From: Polyangium spumosum
Lineage (GTDB): Bacteria > Myxococcota_A > Polyangia > Polyangiales > Polyangiaceae
Length of the DNA: 64,000 bases
Reading direction: 5' to 3'
Assembly: GCF_009649845.1 (NCBI RefSeq)
Contig: NZ_WJIE01000009.1
Coordinates: 160,685 to 224,684, forward strand
This document shows positions 1 through 7,791 of this stretch, piece by piece. Made by a program: the position numbers and the translations under genes. The notes under the pieces are model-generated. The model had not been told where the DNA came from, did not search any database, and worked only from the letters and a program-made list of their open reading frames with translations. Within the stretch, counting starts at the first letter, position 1. Every line of letters starts with the position of its first letter.

Positions 1-523
1 GGTGACGCCCGTGTCGATCGTGAGGTTCGTGTCCGTGAGGCCCTTCGGCGGCTCGGGCGGCGGGGGCGCCTTCGCGAGGTCGCCCGGGGGCGCGCCGCCC
101 TCGGCCCAGGCGGAGATCGTGGCGATCTCCTTGGTGGTGAGCCACCGGGCGTCCTGGAACTTGTTGCAATGGCCGCAGTTGTTCGGGTTGAAGGGCGGCA
201 TCTCGCGCGCCGTGGTGCGGTCCGCGATGAGGCCCGCGAGCGGGCTCGCCTGCTCGAACGTGAGCAGCGGGAAGGGCGCGATGCCGCCCTCCACGTGGCA
301 ATTCGCGCAGTTCTTCATCAGGATCGGCGCGACGTCCTCGGCGTAGGTCGGCGTCTGCGAGACAATCACCTCCACGCCGCACGTGGGATCGAGGACGGGG
401 ATGGTGGCGTCCGGAGGGATCTCCCCCGACGTGCCGGCGCCGCCGCCACCTCCACACGCGGCGGCGAGCACGGCGAAGAGGCCCATCGAGAGGGGAATCG
501 CGAGGAGGGAGCAGGTGCGCATG
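1..523 (-). CDS. c-type cytochrome domain lipoprotein, truncated by the window start; start ATG at 521-523 on the minus strand
   Basis: The minus-strand translation begins MRTCSLLAIPLSMGLFAVLAAACGGG, a signal/lipobox-like N-terminus. It is followed by CANCH (CxxCH haem-binding motif) and CGHC. The ORF runs off the window edge and is not in the supplied ORF track. Confidence 0.5.
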
Positions 524-566
524 CCACAGCAGACACCGGCGCGGCGCGTTTCGTAAAAGGAAAACG

Positions 567-1322
567 TCAGCGGCCGTTCAAGAAAGCGAGCGCCTTCTCG
601 ACCTGCTCGTCCGTCATCACGTGTCCGGCGCGGGGGCGACCGATCTCCAGGTGGGGCCAGCGCATTCGCTTCAGCATCTTCGCGAGCGCCTTCTGCTTGT
701 CGTGCGAGGGATCCCCCGCGCCCCACGCGACCACGATCGGCGCGCGCCGCTTCGTCCCCTTGGCCTCCATCTCGTGGTACGAGGCGCCCGAGCCACCCGC
801 GAAGAGCGCATACCCCGCCGCGTCGAGGCGATTTCGCATCGCCAGCGAGGTCGCGTAATAAGCGCCGTTCGAGAAGCCGAAGACATACACGCGCTCGAAG
901 GGTTTTCCCGCGGCCTTCTCGAGCTCCGCGCGCGCGGCCGTCCATTCGGCGACGAGGGCGTCTTCATGCGCTCTCCGCGCGTCCATGCTCGTCGGCCAGG
1001 CCCACCACGACTCCATCGTCTTCGGCCCGATCCCGCGCTTGCCCCGCGGCATCATCACGGTATGGCCGTACGTCGCGCCCACCCGCGCGGCGTTGCGCTG
1101 CGAGTTCCATTGATCATTCGTATCGGGCTGGACGACGCCGTGCAGGTGGATGATCAACGTGCGCGGGCCGGGCGCGGGTTTTTCCGGGACGAAATAACAG
1201 ACCTCGTTCGGCAGCGACGGGAGCTCGGCCGCGCACCAGCGGCGCGTGTTCTCCTCGGCGGACGCCGGACGCGGGCTACCCGCGAGGAGGGCGAAGACGA
1301 ACGCGAGGGCCAAGCGGCGCAT
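567..1322 (-). CDS. secreted alpha/beta-hydrolase, esterase/PHB-depolymerase-like
   Basis: Signal peptide MRRLALAFVFALLAGSPRPASA. GFSNG matches the GxSxG nucleophile elbow. Length 251 aa. Confidence 0.65.
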   Translation of the reverse strand: MRRLALAFVFALLAGSPRPASAEENTRRWCAAELPSLPNEVCYFVPEKPAPGPRTLIIHLHGVVQPDTNDQWNSQRNAARVGATYGHTVMMPRGKRGIGPKTMESWWAWPTSMDARRAHEDALVAEWTAARAELEKAAGKPFERVYVFGFSNGAYYATSLAMRNRLDAAGYALFAGGSGASYHEMEAKGTKRRAPIVVAWGAGDPSHDKQKALAKMLKRMRWPHLEIGRPRAGHVMTDEQVEKALAFLNGR

Positions 1323-1370
1323 GGCCCGACCCTACCACGCCTCGCCCCCGGCAGGCACGTTCGTGTGGAT

Positions 1371-2720
1371 TTAGGAGGGCTTGCGCAACGTCAAACGCGC
1401 CGTGCCTTCGAGGCCCTGCGCGCGCGCCGCCTCGACGACCGCCTCGCACACGGCCTCGTGCACGTGCGGCAGGAGCGGCGACGGGACGACCTCGCCTTGT
1501 TCGGCGCAGGACGCGATCGCGCGCGCCGCGGCGATACGCATCTCGGGCGTGATCGCGCGGCTCTCCACGGCGAGCGCGCCGCGGAAGAGGCCCGGGAACG
1601 CGAGCGCGTTGTTGATGCTGCGCCCGTCGCTGCAGAACGCCGCGCCCGCCGCCATCGCGTCCGTCGGCTCGATCTCGGGGTCCGGGTTCGACAGGGGGAA
1701 GATGACCTGGCCCGGCCGGATCCATTTCGGATCGATCAAGCCCGGTTTGCCCGTCGCCGCGATCACGATATCGGCCTCGCGCATCAGCGTCGGCAGGTCG
1801 ACCGGGTGCGCGCCCAGGCCCTTCAGCCAGTTCATGGCCTCCTCCGACCGGTCCGTCACGAGCACGTCCCGCGCCCCGTGCGCCATCATCAGCCGGGCGA
1901 TCGCGCTGCCGGCCGCGCCGAGCCCGATCTGCCCGACGCGCGCCTTCTCGAGCGAGACCCCCGTCATCTTGCAGGCGTTGAGCACCGCCGCCAGCGCCAC
2001 CGTGGCCGTGCCGTGCTGGTCGTCGTGCATGACGGGCTTCTCGAGCCGCTCGATGAGCTCCTCCTCGATGCGATAACAATCCGGGATGCGGATGTCCTCG
2101 AGGTGAATGCCGCCGAAGGTGAGGGAGAGGCGCAGGACCGTCTCCACGAACTCCTTCGGATCCAGCGTGTCCACGAGGATCGGCGAGGCGCTGATCCCCA
2201 CGAATTTATCGTAAAGGACGGCCTTTCCTTCCATGACCGGCAGCGACGCGAGCGGCCCGACGTTGCCGAGGCCGAGCACGCGCGTGCCGTTCGTGAAGAT
2301 ACCGACCGAGTTCCCGATCCCCGTGAGGTGCCGCGCGCGCTCGGGCTCACGCTCGATCGCCCGCGCGACGCGGGCCACGCCGGGCGTGTAGATGTAGCGC
2401 AAATCGCGCTGATGCCGGAGCTCGATCCGGCTTGTCATGTGGAGCTTGCCGCCCTTGTGCAGGTCGAAGACGCGGTCGATCGTGTCGAGGATCTCGACGC
2501 CGTCGACCTTGCGGACGGCCTCGATCACGCGGTCGCGCTGGCCCTCGTCCATGGTCTCGACGGTGACCTCGCGCAGCGTGTCGCTGTCCAGGCTGCGTAA
2601 GGTGGTGATGTCACCGAGCAGCCCGCCCTCCTCGGCGATGGCGGTGGCGAGGCTGGCGAGCTGGCCCACGCGGTGTTTGCATTTGACGCGAAGTACGGTG
2701 TCGAGGCTGGTCTTCCTCAT
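1371..2720 (-). CDS. NAD(P)-dependent malic enzyme, short form with N-terminal ACT-like domain
   Basis: Carries malic-enzyme motifs (VYTPGVA, GIGNSVG...LGLGNVGP, HDDQHGTA, the Rossmann GLGAAGSAIA, ALAFPG). The start ATG at 2718-2720 is a later in-frame Met than the ORF-track start. Confidence 0.85.
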   Translation of the reverse strand: MRKTSLDTVLRVKCKHRVGQLASLATAIAEEGGLLGDITTLRSLDSDTLREVTVETMDEGQRDRVIEAVRKVDGVEILDTIDRVFDLHKGGKLHMTSRIELRHQRDLRYIYTPGVARVARAIEREPERARHLTGIGNSVGIFTNGTRVLGLGNVGPLASLPVMEGKAVLYDKFVGISASPILVDTLDPKEFVETVLRLSLTFGGIHLEDIRIPDCYRIEEELIERLEKPVMHDDQHGTATVALAAVLNACKMTGVSLEKARVGQIGLGAAGSAIARLMMAHGARDVLVTDRSEEAMNWLKGLGAHPVDLPTLMREADIVIAATGKPGLIDPKWIRPGQVIFPLSNPDPEIEPTDAMAAGAAFCSDGRSINNALAFPGLFRGALAVESRAITPEMRIAAARAIASCAEQGEVVPSPLLPHVHEAVCEAVVEAARAQGLEGTARLTLRKPS

Positions 2721-2931
2721 GGGGGGCGCCGACCATACCACGAAGCGGAGCGAGTGGGAGAAGGGGGAACGCGGGCGGGCGGCAGGGCGGACGGAGTCGG
2801 GAGGGTCGGCAGAAAAATGACGCAGCTCACAGTTGCGTCCGAGCGTCCCCTGGTTGTAATCTGCGATCGAGCAAGGTCACGTGGGGTACACTCACGGGCC
2901 GACCTCCGCGTTTTTGACTCAGGAGTGTGAT

Positions 2932-3180
2932 ATGCAGACGAGCTTGCTGAACGACTTTCTCTCGGAGATGGTGCTCGACCCCGCGAAGCTCGCGGCGTAC
3001 ATCGTCGACCCGCAGGGGACGATGAAGGCCGCCGGGCTCGGCGCCGACGACCAGAAGGCCCTCGAGAGCACGGACCAGACCGCGATTCACGCCCGCATTG
3101 CGGACGGCGACGCGGCGGCGCGCGCGCACAAGGTCGGCACGGTGACCGATATTTACGCTTACGCGATGCAATTCGCGTAG
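2932..3180 (+). CDS. putative split-borosin precursor peptide (SonA-like), 82 aa
   Basis: ATG at 2932 is preceded by AGGAGT. The N-terminal helical region LLNDFLSEMVLDPAKLAAYIVDPQGTMKAAGLGADDQKALESTD resembles the SonA borosin-binding domain (LSDFF...NPEAVMRAHGLTDEQ), recalled from memory. The C-terminus VGTVTDIYAYAMQFA is hydrophobic. It lies 150 nt upstream of a borosin-type methyltransferase. Confidence 0.55.
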   Translation: MQTSLLNDFLSEMVLDPAKLAAYIVDPQGTMKAAGLGADDQKALESTDQTAIHARIADGDAAARAHKVGTVTDIYAYAMQFA

Positions 3181-3330
3181 CGTGCGCGCGCGGTCGTCAA
3201 GACCGGGGTACGCGGCGAACCCTGCGATGCAGTGCAGCGCAGGGGAATTGATGAATTCCGACCCGCTCGTGCCCGGCCCGCTCCACCCAGGGGCGAAGCC
3301 GGGCGTTTTCATTTTCGAGGAGGACGCTCG

Positions 3331-4164
3331 ATGAACAAAGGCTCGCTCGTCGTCGTGGGGACGGGCATACAGACCGTGGGACACATCACCCCGGAGGCCA
3401 TCGCCTGGATCAAATGGGCGGACACGGTCCTCTATCTCGTCGCGGATCTGGTCGCAGAGAACGCGATCCTGAAGATCAAGCCGGATGCCCAGACCCTCGA
3501 GCATCTGTACGAGAAAAACAAGCCGCGGTACTTGACCTACCGACAGATGATGAATCGCATGATCGATTCCGTGCGAAATGGAAACCGCACGTGCGTCGCG
3601 CTTTATGGCCACCCGGGCGTCTTCGCGTATCCGGCGCACGCCGCCATCCGGAAGCTGCGCGAGGAGGGGTACGAGGCCCGCATGTTGCCCGGCGTCTCGG
3701 CCGAGGACTGCCTGTTCGCCGACCTCAACGTGGATCCCGCGACGTACGGCTGTCAGAGCTACGAGGCGACGCATTTCGTGCTCACGCGGCGACGCCCCGA
3801 CACCAGCGCCTCGCTCATCCTGTGGCAGCCCGACTCGTTCGGGCACGTCCTGTCGAGCCTCGACGTCCGGCAGAGCGCCATCGCCGTGCTGGCCGAGTAT
3901 CTGGCGAAGTTCTACTCCCTCGAGCACCGCCTCTGCATCTACGAGGCGCCCATGTACATAGGCTGCGCACCCCGGATGGACTGGGTGAAGCTCGGCGAGT
4001 TCACCCAGGCCAAACTCACGCCCGCGAGCACGCTTTATTTCCCGCCGGCCGAGGTTGCCCCCATGGACCATGCGCTGGCGCAATCCCTCGGCCTGCCGTC
4101 GATGGCCCAGGTGCAGGAGGACCTCGCGCGCCTCGATGCGTCGCCTGCCGCGAAGGCGGAGTGA
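3331..4164 (+). CDS. class III SAM (tetrapyrrole-methylase fold) alpha-N-methyltransferase, borosin OphMA/SonM-like
   Basis: ATG at 3331 with a GAGGAGGA RBS. Motifs [64 protein letters not shown] and LYFPP...LGLP parallel the OphMA motifs [56 protein letters not shown] and FYVPP...LGLP. Confidence 0.75.
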   Translation: [277 protein letters not shown]

Positions 4165-4174
4165 CGCGCTCCCC

Positions 4175-5389
4175 TCAAAAAGCCTCGGGGCACCACGGCG
4201 CGCGGGTCGAGCGGAAGAGCCGATCGGCCCGCCCCGCCGCGCCCTCTTCGAGCACCTCGACGCGCCCCCCGTCGGCGAGCTGCGTGAACGAGATCCCACC
4301 GAGATAGGCCGACCCGAGCGCCTCGGCGGGCAGCCGCAGGTCCGGCGATTCGTTCGTCGGTACCGCGCGGCCCTCCGCGCCGTCGAGGCGGAATCGCCCC
4401 GTGTTCCAGGGGCAAAACGTATCCTCGATCTCGAGCACGATCGAATCCCGCGCCCCGTACGTGCGCGCTGCGAGCGCCGCGGGCACGTCCACGATACGCA
4501 CCCACAGCGCGTCGTACGTGCTGAAATGCAGGCAGCGTGGCTCGGCGAGCAGGACGAAGAGAGGGTGATCGACGGGCAGGTTCGTCGCCGTTACCTGGCG
4601 CATGAGGTCGATGTCGAGGAGGTAACGCCAGACGGCGCGCGTGCCGGCGGGGCTCTGGCCGACGGCCTCGATGACGTTCAGGGTCCCGGCGGTGACGTGC
4701 CCGTCCCATTTGTGTTCGACGCGGTAGAGCGCATACGCCTCGGGGCGACCGTCGAGCTCGACGAACACGCGCTGCAGCGGGCCCTTGCCTGCGCGCGCCG
4801 CCTCGGGGTCGGCGAGGCGCCGCCTCTGCCACCACGCGGCGGAGCGGGAGGGCATTCCAGGGTGGAGCTTTCGGGCGCTGTCCCAGAGGGGCGGGAAGAG
4901 CTCGGCCGCCTGGGCCTCGGTGACGAGGCGGGCGCGGCAGGAGAGGGGACGCCGGTCGGCGAAGGAGGCCGCTGATCGCTCGAGGGAGATGTCGCCCGCG
5001 AGGGAGGCGAGCCCATAACCATACCGCCCATAGATGGGGCCTTCGGTGGTCCACAACGTGGCGATGGCCTGCTTGCGGGCGCGGGCCTCGTCGAGGTGCA
5101 CGCGCATCATGGCCGAGAGGACGCCGCGGCGGCGGTGCGTCGGCATGACCCCGACCATGGTCAGGCCCGCGCAGGCGACCTCGCCGCCGCCGGGGACGCT
5201 GAGGGTGATCGACAACGCGCCGCCGCCGCCGACGACCGCGCCGTCTTCGTACGCCACGAAGCGCGTCTCGAATTCGGCCATGGGGCCGCGCGCGGGGGGC
5301 TCGGGTGGGGGGGTGATCCCGAAGGCCGTGCGGATGGGCAGGAGGAGGTCCTCGATGTGCTCGGGACCCACCAGGCGGACGTCGATCAT
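4175..5389 (-). CDS. Eis-like GNAT N-acetyltransferase (GNAT plus a C-terminal SCP2-like region)
   Basis: Length 404 aa. The GNAT core contains HRRRGVLSAMM. The overall Eis/COG4552-like architecture is recognised from memory. It is convergent with the methyltransferase. Confidence 0.65.
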   Translation of the reverse strand: MIDVRLVGPEHIEDLLLPIRTAFGITPPPEPPARGPMAEFETRFVAYEDGAVVGGGGALSITLSVPGGGEVACAGLTMVGVMPTHRRRGVLSAMMRVHLDEARARKQAIATLWTTEGPIYGRYGYGLASLAGDISLERSAASFADRRPLSCRARLVTEAQAAELFPPLWDSARKLHPGMPSRSAAWWQRRRLADPEAARAGKGPLQRVFVELDGRPEAYALYRVEHKWDGHVTAGTLNVIEAVGQSPAGTRAVWRYLLDIDLMRQVTATNLPVDHPLFVLLAEPRCLHFSTYDALWVRIVDVPAALAARTYGARDSIVLEIEDTFCPWNTGRFRLDGAEGRAVPTNESPDLRLPAEALGSAYLGGISFTQLADGGRVEVLEEGAAGRADRLFRSTRAPWCPEAF

Positions 5390-5429
5390 GTGCCGACGTT
5401 ATCACGCCCCGGGCGCGCGCTCGAAGGCC

Positions 5430-6719
5430 TCAGTGGCAGCAAGTCCCGCTCGCCCAGGCCACGCCGCCGCCGGACCGGTAGATCACCACGTTGCCGTCGT
5501 TCTGCACGGCGAGGTTCGCGAAGTAATTCGACGACCCGTTCGTGTTCGTGTCCCATACGGCATTGCCATTGGACTTGTAGATCACGAGGTTGCCGTCCTC
5601 CTGCATGATCACGCGGTCGCCGCCGTCGCCGTTCGTGTTCGAGTCCCAGAGCGCCTGGCTGCCCTTGTAGAGCACGAAGTTGCCGTCGCTCTGGAACTTG
5701 AGCTGGAAGCGGCCGTCGCACGACCAGACGGATTGCTCCGCCCCCAATCCCTGGCCGGCGTTCAGCCAGCCGCAGCCCGAGGGCGACGTGTACGCGCCGT
5801 AACGCGACCAGATGCCGGCGTGATCGTCGTAATTGAGCGAGGTGTCGTTGCCGCTGTAATAGGCGTACATGGTCGCGCTCGAGACCGTCGAGTGGCCGAG
5901 GCCGAGGGCGTGCCCGATCTCGTGCAGCGCGACCGTCTCCAGGTACGCCGACGACCAGCCCTCGGCGTCGTCGAAATGCACGTCGCCGCCGAGGCCGCCG
6001 CCGGGGGACCAGGCGTGGGCGAGCACGCCGCCCGAGCCGTCGAACGTATTGCTGGTGCCGCAACCATGGTCGCCCGTGTAGAACCCGAACGAGATGTTCT
6101 CGCCGGAGGTGACCTCGTTGAAGTTCAGGTTCGAGATGGAGGTCCACGAGCGAATGGCGTTCCAGAGCGCCGTGCGGACGGTCGACGCGCTGATGTCGGA
6201 GGTGTAATTCGCGAACTTGTACGTCAGGGTCGTGGACGACCAGGTCCCTCCGAGGTGCGAATAGGGGTCGATGTCGAGATCCCATCGCGGGACGACGCTC
6301 GGCGGGTCGTAATAATCGGGGTGACCGCAGCGGGGCATCTCCATGACCTTCTGCGTCTCGGCGTCGACGACGCCGGTCACGGCCAGGCCATTCTGGGCCT
6401 GGAAGAGGCGCACGCCCTCCTCGATCGCCTCGTCGAAGCGCGCTGGGTCGGCCGGCTCGCGCGAGACGGCGGGGGTCCAGCCGGGGAAATGCTCGGCGAG
6501 CTCCTCGTTCTGGTAATACCCGTACCGGCGAAGGTACTCGTAGACCGCCTTCACGTCCTGCCCCTGCGCGCCGAGGCCGAGGCCCGCGGATTCCATGGTG
6601 GTCTCGTCGCCGAGCGTCGTGATGTCGTCGGCCGCGCAGCCCACGAGGGCGAGCGAAGCAGCAGCGAGGGGCGCGAGGAAAAGAGCGAGGCGAGAGTCGA
6701 AGCGGTTCGTCGAGGCCAT
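5430..6719 (-). CDS. secreted matrixin-like (M10) zinc metalloprotease with a C-terminal bulb-type (B-) lectin domain
   Basis: Signal peptide followed by a PG-binding-like region, PRCGHPD (cysteine-switch-like), HEIGHALGLGH (HExxHxxGxxH) and a Met-turn region. The C-terminal stretch QSDGNFVLY...WDSNT...QEDGNLVIY...WDTNT is bulb-lectin-like. Start 6719 is chosen because a GGAGA RBS precedes it. Confidence 0.75.
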   Translation of the reverse strand: MASTNRFDSRLALFLAPLAAASLALVGCAADDITTLGDETTMESAGLGLGAQGQDVKAVYEYLRRYGYYQNEELAEHFPGWTPAVSREPADPARFDEAIEEGVRLFQAQNGLAVTGVVDAETQKVMEMPRCGHPDYYDPPSVVPRWDLDIDPYSHLGGTWSSTTLTYKFANYTSDISASTVRTALWNAIRSWTSISNLNFNEVTSGENISFGFYTGDHGCGTSNTFDGSGGVLAHAWSPGGGLGGDVHFDDAEGWSSAYLETVALHEIGHALGLGHSTVSSATMYAYYSGNDTSLNYDDHAGIWSRYGAYTSPSGCGWLNAGQGLGAEQSVWSCDGRFQLKFQSDGNFVLYKGSQALWDSNTNGDGGDRVIMQEDGNLVIYKSNGNAVWDTNTNGSSNYFANLAVQNDGNVVIYRSGGGVAWASGTCCH

Positions 6720-6949
6720 CTGAACATTCTCCATTGAGGGGGACGCGAGCTTCCTTCGCCTCTCACCTATCGCAACGGCCATGCCAGCTCGGCGGGACGC
6801 GGCTAACTGTCCGGAAGGATTGGGGGTCTTGGGGATCGAGGTGGAGGGCGAGCTCTCCGGGCGGGTGAGGGTTGAGGGCGCGGACCTCCAAGGGTGGAGG
6901 CTGGGACCACCAACCGGGTGGGCGGGGCGCGGGGCGCGGGGCGCGGGGG

Positions 6950-7310
6950 CACCACGACGTCGTCGTCGTCGTCTGCAATCACGCCGGCATCGTGTGCCGT
7001 CACACCCTCATCGTCTGCAACCACGACGTCGTCGTCTGCAATCACGCCGGCATCGTGTGCCGTCACACCCTCATCGTCTGCAACCACGACGTCGTCGTCT
7101 GCAATCACGCCGGCATCGTGTGCCTTCACACCGGCGTCGTCTGCAACCACGACGGCATCGTCTGCAATCACGCCGGCATCGTCTGCAATCACGACGGCAT
7201 CGTGTGCCGTCAGACCGGCGTCGTTTGCAATCACGACGGCGTCGTCTGCAACCACGACGGCGTCGTCTGCAACCACGACGGCGTCGTCTGCAATCACGAC
7301 GGCGGGACCC
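6950..7310. repeat. tandem minisatellite with a 21-nt unit (consensus GGCGTCGTCTGCAACCACGAC), about 17 copies, with a 63-nt higher-order unit repeated three times
   Basis: Read directly from the sequence. The copies carry point variants (aac/aat, gac/gcc, ggc/atc). It has no spacers, so it is not a CRISPR. Confidence 0.85.
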
Positions 7311-7331
7311 GCTCGGGCCCACGCCGACCGA

Positions 7332-7790
7332 TCAGAACCGCCCCACCACCACGATCCCCTGCGTCTGCGCACTCACGACCGGCGCCACGGTCACCTTCAC
7401 CGGCGCCGCGGCCGGGTGCAGCTCCGGGTTGATCCACGCGAGCGCCAATCCAAGAAACACCCCCGCCGCGCCGACGCCGAGCGACGTCGTCGCCGTACGC
7501 CCGTCCGCCGTCGCTTGCTCGCGCAGGCGGTAGCCCTCGGCGTCGCACTTGTCCGGATCCGACGTGAGGCAATGCTGCTTCAATGCAGCGGTCGCCTCGT
7601 CCGAGCGCGCCGCGTAAATGGCCCCCGCGACGATGGCGCCGACCCCGGCGCCGATCACGAGCGAGCCCGCGACACGAGGGCCCGTCCAGAAAGGAGGCGA
7701 CGGCGGAGGCGAAGGCGCCGCGGGCGGAGGCTCGGCCGAGGCGATCGCGGGGAGGAGGAGTGCGGCGAGGAAAATGGGCAGGGGGCGCAT
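7332..7790 (-). CDS. hypothetical secreted/membrane protein
   Basis: N-terminal signal peptide MRPLPIFLAALLLPAIASA and hydrophobic Gly/Ala segments. Its start lies 2 nt from the stop of the upstream ATPase gene. Confidence 0.45.
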   Translation of the reverse strand: MRPLPIFLAALLLPAIASAEPPPAAPSPPPSPPFWTGPRVAGSLVIGAGVGAIVAGAIYAARSDEATAALKQHCLTSDPDKCDAEGYRLREQATADGRTATTSLGVGAAGVFLGLALAWINPELHPAAAPVKVTVAPVVSAQTQGIVVVGRF

Positions 7791-7791
7791 G

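Noticed and set aside
621-2600. 659-aa plus-strand ORF, plus minus-strand ORFs 1276-2079 and 1964-2350 overlapping the malic enzyme gene
   Set aside because: The translations are dominated by Arg/Ala/Gly/Pro/His runs with no motifs. They are antisense or off-frame to a well-supported malic enzyme CDS. Long open frames are expected by chance at roughly 70% GC.
2742-2931. Candidate sigma-70 promoter elements (TTGTAA / TACACT, TTGACT) upstream of the borosin precursor
   Set aside because: The spacing between the hexamers (27 nt) and the distance to the ATG do not fit a canonical -35/-10. I could not place a convincing promoter by eye.
6950-7310. Possibility that the tandem repeats are a CRISPR array
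   Set aside because: The units are contiguous 21-mers with no intervening unique spacers. There are no cas genes in the window.
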